Below, piece by piece: positions 35,701-49,139 of a stretch of 64,000 bases of DNA; the first letter of the stretch is position 1, and the number at the start of each line of letters is the position of its first letter. Below the pieces are notes generated by a model. The model was not told the DNA's origin. It did not search any database and saw only the letters and a list, made by a program, of their open reading frames with translations. The DNA is taken from the NCBI GenBank assembly GCA_030704615.1, contig CM060732.1, positions 79,980,001 to 80,044,000 of the forward strand, given 5' to 3'. This DNA comes from Takakia lepidozioides. Lineage: Eukaryota; Plantae; Bryophyta. Both the position numbers and the translations under genes were made by a program.

Positions 35701-38700
35701 AGGAGCTTTCCAAAAAGCAGGCAGTGCAAGAGGCACAGATGAAAAAACTTCGCGCACAGGTGTGCATGGTTAAACTTTCCATTAAGTTTGGGACATTGTA
35801 GTAGGACTCTAGGGGTTCTTAGTCACTAGGGGAACAGCTATGTAACAAAGGTGTCCCTGTTGCATTGCAAGCTTTCTTAAGGTGCCACTTCAGAGGTGAG
35901 GAGCTTTCCAAAAAGCAGGCAGAGTAAGTGGCACAGATGAAAAATTTCCAGCACAGGTGTGCATGGTGAAACTTTCCATGAAGTTTGGGAGATTGTAGTA
36001 GGACTAGGGTTTCCTAGTCACTAGGGGAACAGTTGTGTAACAAAGATATCCCAATTGCCTTGCAAGCCTTTTTAAGAAAGTGCCTTCCTCATAGCAGTTC
36101 TCAGGATGGCATTCTTGCTGATCTTCTTTTCCATTGTCATGTAAAACATTTGACAATAGGGAGCACGTTGAAGAAGGCTTGTAGATGTCAGGATGTTGAT
36201 GGATATGGTGTGCGGGTGGACCCTTAATCAGATTCGGGAGCTGGAGGATGAGAAACAACGGTTGGGTTCCAAATTGCAGGTTCCTCCTCTTTTCTGTTGT
36301 CGTTCCTCAAATCTGTGCAAACTAACGATTTGTGTATGCAATTGTGGCTCATTTGGCATGACGTTGTATCGCTGAAGAAGTCTGTAGGTTATCTTTAGTC
36401 TAAAGATCACTTCTAGTCACTCATTGCCTAGTAGGCAGGGACTTGTTTCTGGCTGCTACCTACCCCAAACTAAGATCAGTGCTGGAATCTTTCAAGATGT
36501 TGCTGGTAGTCTGCTGCTTCACCAGCAACATGTTACCGAGATTGAAAAAGTGAAGGGTATAGAATGTCCCTAAGAAGAGATGGTCTCAGTGTTTGAGCTA
36601 CTGTCTCGAGTGCAAAGGCACGCTAGACACGCTTTTCCAGCATGATTGCAACCATAAGTCAAATGTAGGCAGTTGACTACATTAGACTATTGTGGTGGAC
36701 AGTGTGGTACAACACTTGTGTGTTTGCCTGTGCGCAGGTGGAAGAGGCAAAGGTGGAGAGCATCAGAAAGGACAAGGCAGCCACAGAGAAAGCACTGCAG
36801 GAGTCAGTAGAACGAGGCCAGGCTGAATTAGCAGCTCAAAAAGAGTATTACTCTATTGCTCTCAATGAAGCCAAGGATACCATAGCACTTGCTGAAGCGC
36901 GTGCTGATAGTGAAGCACGTGCTGACCTTGACCGTTCCCTGCGTGAGGCTACTGAACGGGAAGCAACCCTGGTGCAAACCATTGATGAACTCCGCCAAGC
37001 TCTTACACGCACTGAGCAGCAGGTACATTGCAGTTTCATAGTGCCTACCTAGTTTTTGAGGAAGATGTTTCCATCTGGGAGTGAGGTAACAGTGGTGTAT
37101 ATTGGCATCTTTCTATTCCCCCCTCCCCCCCTCCCGGCCCCCTTTGACCTTTGGATGCTTGTGTGCCCATCATTTGTATCACGCTACACAAAACCTGCAC
37201 TCTTGCTCAGACTTGCATGGTCTGGCTGTCTGGCATTCATGTAAGAGGCAACCATAAACGATGCTTTAAGCACTGGCTTCATTTGACTTGCAGGCTGCTT
37301 TTCGAGAAGACAATTTGCGCAGAGATATTGAAGATCTTGAGAAACGTTGCCAGGTACTGCTTTTTGTTGCCACAGATGTATTCTAGTTCTCCTTTTGATG
37401 TGGGGCCAGCCTTCTGGCTGCAGTTTCGGACATAATTGCAGAGTGGAAGAGAGAGAGACAGAGTGTGTGTGTGTGTGTGGGTGTGGGTGTGTACTCATAA
37501 GAGGTTGTTTGCCGTAGCCTTGTGGCCGTAAACCCTGCGCCCAGTTTGGGCAGAACTAGAGGGAGCAGGCACTACCTTTGTGAGGGGCTCACTTCAGTAG
37601 TGGGATTACCTTGATATCAACCTTGAAGAGAACGCACTCATGAGACGCTGTTTGCTGTAGCTGTAAGCCATGTAGAGACAGAGAAAGGGTGAGTAAGGTT
37701 GTGCTCGTTGACTTCTCCCTCCAAATGTTGCTGTGACATGCTTGAGGGGCATAGCCCTGCAAAGTACTAACCCTTCTGGAGCCAAATGTGATCTTTAGTC
37801 CACTTATGGTTTGCTGTTGCCATCGTACTACAAGCGTGGGAATCCAGCTACATTGTATATGGAATGTGGCAGGCTGCGGAGGTGCGGTACGAGGAGCTTG
37901 TGGCACATATGCCTGACTCAACCAGACCCCTTCTGCGCCAAATTGAAGCGCTTCAGGTGTGTTGCTGCAGGGTGTGATTCTTAGAGCACATGTGCTTTTG
38001 AAACGTTTACTTGGTTAGGTGAACTAAGATCTGTGTCATATGGCTACAGGATGTTGCACTTGTAACAGTGAAAGTGGGTGGCCTTTGATCAAATATAGTG
38101 CCATCTAACTTCCAAATGTTGACACTAGGGATAGTAAACTTACAGACAGGAGTATTTTCTGGACTTTCTGATATTTCATATGGATGATTTGAAATGTCTG
38201 CTCATCCCTTTGTGGTTTTCAGGAGTCAACAGCAATGCGTGCCGAAGCATGGACTGGTATAGAACGATCGCTTAACTCTCGATTGCAGGTTAGAGCCCTC
38301 CTCCTGCAAGCTTGGGTTATCTGCACCTCTCAACCTGTGAATATATGTGTATGTTCTGCAAGAACGGTGACAATTGCTGTTTAGTACGCAGAGAAGGATT
38401 GAAGTGGTCATAGAATTGAAAACTAAATGAAGTATGCATCTTTTGCAGCAAGCAGAGGCCAAAGCAGCAGCTGCACAAGAGAGGGAGAGAGCTGTCAATG
38501 AGCGCCTGACTCAAACCCTGTCACGAATGGCTGTTATGGAAGCCCAGGTTTGTGGCTATTTGCGTTATTAGCATTTTCAAGGCAAGTACAGTTTCAGGTT
38601 CTTTTTGCCTTACAAATGTTGAATGCTGTTTGGTCTGAGGGTGCAGCTTTCATGTTTAAGGGCAGAGCAAGCTCAGCTTTCTCGCTCCTTAGAGAAGGAA

Positions 38701-41547
38701 AGACAGCGAGCGTCAGAAAACCGACAGGAGTACCTTGCAGCGGTGGAGGAAGCTGCCACCCAAGAGGGACGTGCACGTCAGCTGGAGGAGGAGATAAAAT
38801 CCCTCCGTAGTAAATACAAACGTGACATAAAAGAGGAGAAAGCTCACCGAGAGGTCCTGGAACAGGTTGTCTATGATGAGCCCTGCACTGTTGTCAAGTT
38901 GTGTTCTAACTGCTCCTGTCTAAGCTGGGAAGGTTTTCCCAAGTTATATTTTGGCTGTTAGAGCTATTTGCCATTTACGCAATTTCCATGCATGCCTGCA
39001 GGAAATAGAACAGGAGAGGGCTGCACTGGCAGAGTATGAGAAACGCGTTCGGGCAGAGGGCCGGGCTGCCCCTGACAAGGCAGTTTCTGCTGCTCAATCC
39101 CAGGAGCTTAACAGTGGGTTGCTATTTACCTTCTCTTTTACTTGGAAAGAAAGCCATTGTTTTCCTTCCTGTGCACTGTGCAGGGAGGAAGCCTATAAGC
39201 AGCCCGTTGTTATGATTGGACTAATTAGCATCAGTCACAATGACAAGCTACAACATCAAGCTTAATTTATGGATGTATCATTCTGAAGCACAGATGTCCA
39301 CCATGCCACGCTATCATACCTAGCACAGGCCAAGCAGCATGGACCCTGATTTGTGGCAGCATATCCCTGTTATGTTGTGGCGGTGTTTAATGTGATATAC
39401 CCCAAGGTGCGATCCAATAGAGCAAGTTCTGACCACTCGACCTTAAGGAACTCCTATTGTCAACGAGCAATGATGAGGAACTGGTTAAGAAGATGGAGCT
39501 CTGGCTATTGAAAATGAAGAGCTCTCAGAACAGTGTGATTGAAATGCTTGATGCCAAAATCTGGGTGAAGAATCAAATGGATAGATTCTTATCTAGTCAG
39601 GCATTTTTGGTGGTGGCAGGTGCTGCAAGGAGCCCAAGTCTGAGGCGTTGGCCGAGTATAAGTAGTGCAGGCAGCGTGGAGGAAAGTTCGTTTCTGCAGG
39701 CCTCTTTGGAGTCTACGCCAGACCGTTTGCCAGGAGAGAGACATAGTTTCAGTGACCGACCACCATCTCCATCTCTATATCGGCCTCAAACTCCATCTCC
39801 TTTTGGGAAGGGCATGGTCCCTGCAGCTACATTTGAGCAACTTGAAGCTCATTTTCGCCAGAAAGATGGCGAACTGTCCTCCTATTCAGCCCGCTTGGTA
39901 TGTCTCACCTTGACTCACATCCTCTTTGTACTTCAATTGGTGTAACAGATGGAGCTGGATGTTCTAAGTCATATATGGGCTCTTGGGTTTGGGATCAGTC
40001 ATCTTTTGCATGCCGTATTTTCTTTCCAAACATATGTGGATGCTTAAATGTGAGGAGCCCAACAGCACAGTTTTGCTCAAGGGTCCGAATCACCTCTTTA
40101 GCTTAGTCTTCGACACTGACCAAAGTTGGAAGGTCCTGTGTTACGAAAACTGTTCTGCATCTGTGGTATTCCATTTGTGGTATTTGAGTTGAAGCTCTCT
40201 GCCTCTTTGTGCCTGCAGGCTGCATTAGAATCCACCCGGGACTCCCTAGCAGAGGAGCTGGTAAATGTAACTACTCAGGTGTGTTCATATCCTGACCTAT
40301 CCTTTGGTCAAGCGCTGATTTCATTTTTGTTTTTGGAGTTTTGGAGATGTCTGTCAATTGGTTGAAGTTTCTCCGGCATCCTTGATTTCATGAGCTGGTG
40401 TTTGCCATCAGCTTGAAGGTTGGCACACATCACCTCTTTTCAATCTGTTCTGTTTCATGCAACTTATATGGCTTAATTCTCTCAACACCAACACCGATGT
40501 TTGGCTGTAGCTACATGGTATGGTCATTCCACAGCCAATTTCCCAAGTTACCAGCCCGTTTTCAATCCAGTAAAATCTGCAGTAGGACTCCACTTTTAGG
40601 AGTTGTTGGAGTCTTCTCTGCAAGGTTACAGCATTTGGAGAGTCAGGATTTACTACATCCTACCAGCCAGTCATAGATAAGCACGAACTTGGGTTTGTTG
40701 GTCTCGTGAGCTCAATGTCTGCATGGATTTTGCCACATGGTCTTTTAAGCGATATGAAAAGAATTTTCTGGCTCCATAACTTCCGGATCTGATCTTCTCT
40801 TTTGTTTTCGTGCCAGTGTGAACAACTACGGATTGAAGCCACATCATTGCCGGGAATGCGCGCTGAGTTGGAGGCCTTGCGGCGCCGGCACACATCCGCC
40901 TTAGAGCTCATGGGCGAGCGGGATGAAGAGGTGATACCTCGCCTCCCGGTGTAGTAGCTTCTGATTTATCTCCTGAAGAGTGGTTTTGGACACTAGAGGA
41001 CACTCTTACACTTATAAGCTGTCGGCTACCACAAGAGCTCATTTTGTGAAAACATGGCGTGCAGGTGGAGGAGCTTAGAGCAGATCTTGCAGATGTGAAG
41101 CAGATGTATCGGGAACAGATTGACATGCTTGTGGGCCAGGTAAGCTATGGCTTCAATGTTTGTATTATAATTAATGTAAGTATTTTGTTTCACTTGGAGG
41201 ATGCATTGCACACTGTCATGGATAGTAATGGTTTGTTTTGAAGTGCACATGACATTGAGCACTACTTAGTTTTAAAGAAGCCTCCTCCCCCATTCTCCTT
41301 AATGACTCAAATATATGGTTGTTGACTTGTTTCTGTTCTGTTTGGTAAGACCTGACCTTAAGAAATATAATTGAAGCCACAGAGTTTTTGTGCTAATAAT
41401 CTGCCTCTGCAAAACTTAACCCAAGCCTGTAGGAATTTATTGGCTGTTCAATGTATGGACTGGAATGCTTATCTTTGGCTGACACTTTGTTTTGCGCTTT
41501 TTTGTGGACAGATTGAAAGACTAAGTTCAGGGGTGGGGATCAGATAG
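32735..41547 (+). CDS. GC5: Golgin candidate 5 (TATA element modulatory factor/TMF1-like coiled-coil golgin), multi-exon
   Basis: N-terminus MAWLGKVTLSDFAGAVTKLSESVKNIEKNFDSALG; conserved blocks MKMMEAALQGAA, VYALTKERDMLRREQNRKSD, GEELSKKQ, PDSTRPLLRQIEA, SLAEELV, ALELMGERDEEVEELRADLADVKQMYREQID. Approximate exons: 32735-32867, ~33388-34187, 34379-34450, 34995-35069, 35374-35488, 35698-35759, 36232-36279, 36738-37022, 37294-37353, 37873-37956, 38223-38288, 38449-38547, 38647-38865, 39002-~39115, 39620-39897, 40219-40278, 40817-40930, 41065-41139, 41512-41547. Confidence 0.92.
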
Positions 41548-43271
41548 TTACTGGTTCGGCTGGTTTATGGAAAGAGCAATGCTACCCGGTCCTGTCCCTG
41601 GTTGAACTCGGCCTAAATTGATTGTTACCACTGATAGAAATGTGACTTTTATTTATCCACTTGGCAGATGACCACTGGTTTGCTTCAAAATGCTACAGTA
41701 TATAGGTTCCCTGTTCAACAACCATTCTGTGCAATGTTAACCTCTGCTATGCTATTTGCTGGGAGACAGACAAAGAAGCTATTCTCGGATTCTGCACTTC
41801 AGTGTTACTTGAACACTGTCTTTAGGAAATAGCTGCTTGAGTAGCTTCTTGAGAACCTAAGGTCCTCTCTTTCTCCTTTCCGCGGTTAAAGGAGTGGGTT
41901 GGGAATGCAACACTCTTGATATTGAAAAGCTCCTTTGAGGGTGGCATGTTATGCGCCTCGGAAATATGCTCCAGAGACAGCGGGTACAATGTAGTGAATT
42001 AAACTTCAGGAAGATCTTTCTTCTGATGACAAGTTTGTGTTTTCACTTCATTTTTTCAGTTTGATGTTGAAGACAGCACCTTGATAGCCGATCCAAGGGA
42101 CCCAAAGCCAAATGACCACCTTCTCTAAAATTTCTCGCTTCGCTTCAACCCTTCAACGCCAACCTGGAAAAAGGGAACCCCTGGCTGGGAAAAAGGCGGG
42201 AAAAAACCCATAATTCGCCCATTGTTTTATTCTTAAAACTGACTGGACATTAATGTGTTTCCAATCGAAATGAAAAACACACTGAGTTTTTTGGAAGACT
42301 TGGACATTATTCCCAGAAGTCGTCAATAGTAATGTGGAGCAGTGGGCAGCCCTAGTATATACATATACCAGTGTTTGGGCGGCTATTTGATTTCTTTCAT
42401 AATCTCCGGTTCAATTTTTTCATATGTTTCTTATAGAAAGAACGCTCTTACCTCACTAGAAACCTCACTTCTAGTGTTCTCTATTTGTGAGTGGCCACCG
42501 AGGGTGTCTAGTACCTTTTAAGTTTTCTCAAGAAAAAAGAAGCACTGTAGGTCTCATGGCCCATAAATGAAAGGGGGTTAATTTTTCCGCTCCTCAAGGG
42601 CCTGAATTGTGGGCTGTCGCTCCCAGGTTTCCTTTAAAAATAAAATAAAAGAAAAAAAGAAAAAAAGAAAAGAAAGTAGCAGCCAACAGTGGTATGGGAG
42701 AAACCGTTGGACAGAACACAGAAACATGAAGTTCCACGTTGTAACTGTCTGGGTCTCATGGTTTCAGCTGGCGGCTCGGCAACAGTGAAATTCAAGAAAT
42801 CCGTCAACTAGATTTTCTCAGACGTGACTCACATTTCTTCCACAGTCATTCTTTGAAAGAACCCAAATCTTGAATGCTCCACCACGCTCCCTGGGGTGAT
42901 GAAGGAGATTATGGTCTCATTTAAGCTCTCTCCTTGGGTCCTTGTCTGGAGTGGGCAGAGCTTTCGAGGACTTGCACTGGGCCAGAGGATAGTTCTTAGT
43001 AGAGGTTGAGTGAGAATCAGTCACCATACTGGCTCCCTCTACCTCCTGTAAAATCGCAAGAAGTCAGGACCACGCTCATGAATGTGTCTGAAGGGATAGA
43101 TTTTGGGCTGCAGACCTGCACATGAAAGAAGATCTACCATATTATCTCTACAGCTCGGTCAATATTTGGACTGCAAATTGCAGCATCGGAGGAGTAATTG
43201 ATCTGTGAGCATCGACTGGTACTTTATCTTGATACGTGACTCGACTCGACTTGCTATCGATCCAAAGAACA

Positions 43272-45306
43272 ATGCAATCAACTCCTGGGGATGGGCTGAG
43301 CCAGCAGCTGCGGCAGAAAGCATTCGAGACTCATATCCTGAGGTCACTCAAGGTGAATGGGAACTTAAACACATTATTGGTGGCAAAATCGGTGGGACTA
43401 GGGAGTTGCAGTGAGGCGAACACTTTGCTGCACAGCCTTCTTCTTCGTAAGATGGTCGTGAAAAATCCGGATAAGACTTGGGATTTGCTGATTGCGAGTA
43501 CCCCGCAACAAGTGTCACCTCCTCTTGCAACTGATGAGGCGAGTGGTGCTCCAGATGACCGCGGCCATGGAGTGCCGACTTTGCAAAGGCGGTGCATTGG
43601 GGGTCCCAATTGTCTCTGTGGTACTTTGGACTTGTTCCATGTCTTTGAAACTCTGTAATGTGCTGCATGTGGGAGAATGAAAGAGAATTGGATGATCTTT
43701 GAAAGTTTCCACAAAATGCTCAGTGACCCGCTGGGACGAGAGAGTGAGGGAACGAAAAGAAATGAATTTCGCCAACGGGAGGCCCAGATTCCCCAAGTTG
43801 ATCAACATCACAGTATAAGGACAGGATGCTGCAAGGTGCACTAGGAACCGGATTCAATCTAAATACTGTACATATTTTGATAATCTCTCTCTAGCTCCCT
43901 CTTTCCTAAAACTTGCACGCCCATGGCACGCAGGGAGGAGCCGCCAAGTGCAGCAGCCCCTGAAGGAAAATCGGCCAGCGGAGCTCACTCAGCTTCAACT
44001 GCAAATACTGACGGAGCTCAAGAACCGATGTTCCATGTGCACACTTGAGCTGTCCAAGATAGTCGGGTTTGAGACATGCGGTGACGTGAACCCGTATCTC
44101 TATGGCCTGAGAAACAACGCCCTTATCGAGAAACTCTCGGATTCCCCTCCCTTTTGGCGAATTAGAGCGCCTGTCGACAACCCCATGGTAAGAAGTAATC
44201 TCAGCTGTGCTTGCCAGGGAGAGAGAGAGAGAATTACGTCCAGTAGACAGGAACAATGTTAATGACGTTCACTCTGTGGGACCAAATGAGAGAGGAAAAA
44301 GATGATGGTGTCCACAACAGGCCCTGAGGATCAGGTCCCAAGTAACACTGCAGAAAAGAGATGTCCTCCGAGAAGCAAGACTTCTTACATCGGTATGGAA
44401 TTCAGCATGCAGTCCACTGCCTGAGAGAATGTGAGAGACTTTGTCAAGTCTGTCTTCCCGAGCTTTTTCTGTGCATGTTTATATGCTTTCGATATTCTTT
44501 CTTCATATTACCCACCCTCAGTTGGCCTTGGTGACTATGAAGGGCGACGGGAGCTGGACGCCACCACTCAACAGTGATCCGCAACCCGTTCCCGACAGCC
44601 ATCCTCATAATGCGGCTCAGGGTCATTTGGGTGGCGTTGGAATATCTAGCCCGGTAGCTATACAATCCAAGGACGCTGTCAATCCTTCCTTTGGTACTCT
44701 CTTGATCTCTTTCGATGTGTGTGTTTGAAGAGGCGGAGGATGAGCAGAGAGACAGCTTCACGAAGTGAATCACTCTGTCCATTTCATTTCATTCTCTTGC
44801 TGTTCTCTCTCTTTAGGTTTCCTGGGGAGGTTATCCATTTGAAGCTTTCTTTCTCTTACGATTTCGTTGGATTGCTCACGAGACACTGTGGTCTGTAGGA
44901 GGGAGAGGGCCGATGCGATCACTGAATCAATGGTGGCGCCGGCAACCAGCGGAGCTGACTGATTTCCAGCTGAGGATACTCAAGGAACTGGAGACCGGAG
45001 GTCCAATGCTGACAATTGTTCTGTCGAAGAGAATGGGCCTGCGAAGGCGTCGCGATGTGAACCCCTCTCTCTACAACTTACGAGATCGTGCTCTCGTGGA
45101 AAAGCACTCTGACGTTCCTCCGTCTTGGCGTATTCGATTGCCCGCTCCCACGCCCGGCAAATCAGTAAGCAATTCGCCCATTCTCGCAGACATAGCGCTT
45201 GTGATGTCAGATATATTGCTATGGTTCAGTAGGCTGAATGTGATGTGGCATGCAGGTTGCAAACAAATTGGGGAGTGAGGAAGATGGCGAGAGTGCGATG
45301 GTGTGA
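43272..45306 (+). CDS. Predicted protein with three Z-alpha-like (Z-DNA/Z-RNA binding) winged-helix domains
   Basis: Phase-compatible GT-AG exons 43272-43620, 43934-44187, 44522-44693, 44899-45164 and 45256-45306 give 363 aa with no stops; the true start may lie further upstream. Domain cores DVNPYLYGL...SDSPPFWRI and DVNPSLYNL...SDVPPSWRI; a more divergent first copy EANTLLHSL...DKTWDL. Confidence 0.75.
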
Positions 45307-47629
45307 ACGGGAGCAGTTCTTCTGCCGTTCTTCCACCTGTGCTCGTATCATATGCATAGTCTACTACCCCAAGGTGCACCATGTGTAATTTTGTCGGTCA
45401 GGATGCAAGCTCCACAGCTTTCTGAAAACACTTTTCGAGGACACATGGGCTCAGTGAGGGAGAGAGAGAGAGAGAGAGATTTTTAGTCCTGGTCATCGAT
45501 TTTTCCTAGAAAGGGAACTCAGAAGCCCTTAGATCATATTCAAACAAGGAAAAATAACATGAGCCATAAGGCGTGCAAGATGGTATCATATCCTGAAATC
45601 AGCATCATAACTCGAATGCCCAGAAAGAACTTCTGGGGAAGTTCAGAAGAGGTTCAGAAGGAGAACCTGCTGATGCATGGTAAACAATTGGGCCAGGATT
45701 ACTAAACTCTTTGTAGCGAAACCTGGTGAAGTCGGAAAGGCCATTCTTCGTGATGGACTCTGTAGTTTAGAATGTCAAATTTCTTGTAACTCCCTCTTCA
45801 TTTTCGGTGCTGACCCTCTGCTCCTTAATAGAGGCTGGGTGCTTGTGGAGGAAGGACCTGCAGGAATCCTTGTTGTCTTCCAATGCTTCATCGCCTATCT
45901 CCCACTCACCTGCGTCTTGTTGATAAACATCCGATTCATCAACTTCTGGGCTCCGGTATCTCTTTCTCGAGTGCTCCTCCATGGTGGCCTCTGGGAATCA
46001 GTTCTCTCCGTTGGACTTCAAGGGAAAGACGAAAGAGGGGAAGCAATGTAAGCAGAGCTTACAAGAGGCGGGGAACCAGTCGACAGCTGGCTCTGGCGGA
46101 GCAATGTAAGAGTCTGGTTTATGGACATCTTGTCATTCTTCGCATCTCAAAGAGACGTGAGTCCCTTTTTGAGCTCATCGTGCCTAGCCTCTCCCTAAAC
46201 TGTAGGTCTACGGGAAGACCATGGCCCTAATGAGGAGGCTGGCAGTAAAAGCGTTCTAGAAGATATGGTGGGCTTGGTCCATTTTACGGCTGACAGTAGT
46301 ACTCCGGTAGTTGGGTCCAGTACCCTGCCATGTGGTGGGTAGCTGTCCACCTCACCTTCTCATTAAAACGCACCAAGGGTAAGCACCGCTGTTGTCTTCC
46401 CTGCATTTGTGTGTAGTCCGTCTTCACATCACCTCCACTCTTAATGCTGAGTTGTTCTGATCATCACGTCGATTTGTTGGAAGTGTACCGTGCATGTTAA
46501 CTTAGCGTCTGCAATCTCACACTCTTTTGTGTAGCTTATTGACCTTTACAGTACAAGATCTATTTTCAGCTTTCAAGACGTTTGAGTAGAACAGTTGGAT
46601 GTTTAACCCCTCCAATATGAGGGAGTTACTCACGAAAGGATTCCATGACAAGAAGCTCATTCCACCCTTGTATATCTACCCATTTGTGAGGCTTCAAGTT
46701 CAACCAACAGAATTGGTATGGATATCAATTACACCATAAAGAAACATAAACAGACATTGGGACCATCTACAACATGCGTAAAATAGAGAAAATACTTGAT
46801 GACAAGAATATATTATTCTATACTGACACTAACGTGGCCTGGCACACTGAGGGCATCCTAACCTACAAACAAGCATCCCATCCCAAAATAATCTCCTTGC
46901 AATCATCAACAATTGCATCCTCTGCTGTCCCTGCACTAATTGGATATCCAATTCCAACAAGAGATAGGGAAATGCACATACGAACTTACCTTCCAGCCCT
47001 CTTTCTTATAGAAACAAATGACTCCTCAGAAGTTCACAGCCAGCTCCTCTGGTGCAACTGTAGGTTGCGCAAAAAAAAAGCAGCATGTTACATATGACGC
47101 GATCCAACCAGAAGCAGGGAGTTGATGACAGCACCCATTGCCTTCTGGCTTTTGAGGTCGACAGCATCTGTATTGGTTGGTTTGAAGAAGAAATTTTGTT
47201 GCTCTCGCAGTTTGTTCTTTGTAAGAACAGAAACAGACTGTGCTGCTCAACTCCTATGCCTCCAATTATGCCGTACAGCAGTATTCAATAAAATACTGCT
47301 TGAGGCGACCTGAATCAGGTTGCCGGAAAATTTTGAATGGATGAAAATCATCGAGATGATCTCGGATGAAATTGAGCCCTGAATGAAAAATGTAGGAAAT
47401 TTAATTCCACGCCCCCCCCTTCTGTTGATGGCACCCTAAAAACCCTACAGGACAGCCGACAGGAATTTTTGGAAAGGGTGGGGGTACCCAAAAATGCCAG
47501 CCGGGCGTCCGTGCGCGGGGCCCACCGGCCACATCGCACGTGCCCATTGAAGACCCTATTATCTCCAGCCGCGCCCGTGCCCCCGTCCGCCGCGCGGCCA
47601 GTCCCCCGCCCATGAGTCCGCTGCCCTCC

Positions 47630-47850
47630 AATCTGCCAGTCCGCTGCTGGCCAGTCTGCTGCCCACCAGTCTGCCAGTCCACCAGTCTGCCCGCAAGTCC
47701 GGTGCTGGCCAGTCCGGTGCCCAACAGTCTGCCAGTCCGCCAGTCTGCCCGCCAGTCCGGTGCTGGCTAGTCCGCTGCCCAGCAGTCTGCCAGTCTGCCA
47801 GTCTGCCCGCCAGTCCGCTGGCCAGTCCCCTGCCATCCAGTCCGCTGACG
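47630..47850. repeat. Short-unit repeat CCAGTC(T/C)G in a GC-rich region upstream of the MULE-like gene
   Basis: Many ccagtctg/ccagtccg units. Confidence 0.85.
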
Positions 47851-48054
47851 GCGCAGGATCGCCACCGTCCATTCCCATAACCCATCCGAGCCCTCCATTT
47901 TTAGGGCTGCAATTCAAACCTTTATCCCTGCCGCCTGCCACTTGCCAGCAGCCGCGAACGTGCGCACTGTTCTCCTGGCACGTTGTCGATTGTGTCTTGT
48001 ACTGCGGCGCGTTTCTTGCATGTTCAGAAGCGTGTCTTTTGTACTGTATAGGGC

Positions 48055-49139
48055 ATGGACGTGGAAGCAAAACCCGATGATATACTGATCACGGAAAGCC
48101 CGCTTATACGGCCTCTTCGACAATGTTTGCAAACAGCAAAACCAGGACCCTTCAACAGGAAAGATCTCCATTGGAAGAGTGAGACGCAATATGGGTTTAT
48201 GGGTGTGCGAGTGAAAGTTGAAAAGGCCTGCATACCTTGGGATAGAGTTGGTGACTTTGTCCTGGGAGAGGAGAGTCTGGAGGACTACCCCACTCAGTTT
48301 TGGGTGAATGTCCATTCTAAAGTGGAACCCGGCTCGCGAAAAGCACCCAGAGCCAACACATTTATGTCCAGTACTATGTGTGCACCATCCTCAGTCCTTT
48401 TGACGTTTCATTGCATGTCTGTTGCCATTTTTTGTTTCACGAGTTCTCTGATTTTATGCTTCCTCAAGTCGTTGGCGATTTTAGAATTTTCTGTCCAGGT
48501 ATCAATGCTGCTACGGTCCTGATGACAAGCGCACCAATAAGGCAATAGTGGAGGATCCAAAACACAAGCGTGGAGGACCTCTTGTGGGTGCTGGAACATC
48601 TTGCCCTCATAAAGGCCCAAGGAGAAAGAAGTCGGAGTATGGAGAGTCTCACAAGCGTGGTTGCCATTGTTGTTTCAAGGTCCGGCAATGCTATCTCGCC
48701 CCTGACATCTGTGTCCTCACGTACTACAACAACATGGAGCATACAGATGCGCAAGGGAAACCCTCGCATGGGAAGTCCGCAGAGTTCAGGAACACCCGCC
48801 ACGCCTATGCACCACACATTAGCGAGGAATTGAAAGCCTGGGTCGTCGAGTGTTTGTGCCGAGGCCTGTCGGTCGCCCAAATCATGATGGAGCATAAAGA
48901 GCACGTGATGAACAACACCGGCTTGGGCAATGCATGGACCCGCGATGATTTCTTGTTGGAGCAAGATGTTCGCAACCTTGCCGAGAAACGTGCGTGGCAA
49001 ACCTTCAAAAAGCACGCCGATGATGCGGAGAGTGTGCGCATGTGGAGAGATCAGAATCATGCGTCCGTTTTTTTCTATCAAGAGGAGAAATTAGAGCCAA
49101 CATTCGAGCATTTTGATGGAGATTTGACATTCACTATTG
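48055..49139 (+). pseudogene. MULE-related SWIM-type transposase-like gene, 5' part
   Basis: IPWDRVGDFVLGEE...PTQF, intron, YQCCYGPDD...RGCHCCFKVRQ...EH...SHG...DDAESVRMWRDQNHASVFFYQE...FTIG, resembling the plant At1g60560-like MULE/SWIM family. Confidence 0.75.

Noticed and set aside
37463-37492. (GT)n tract as a Z-DNA site linked to the Z-alpha gene
   Set aside because: Ordinary intronic microsatellite; proximity is not evidence of function.
45767-45982. 71-aa acidic minus-strand ORF, possibly a first exon
   Set aside because: No recognisable domain and no coherent downstream gene model.
47348-48080. Long overlapping ORFs (240 aa and others) with ADW/PVCQ repeats
   Set aside because: Arise from the GC-rich CCAGTCYG repeat, which lacks stops in several frames.
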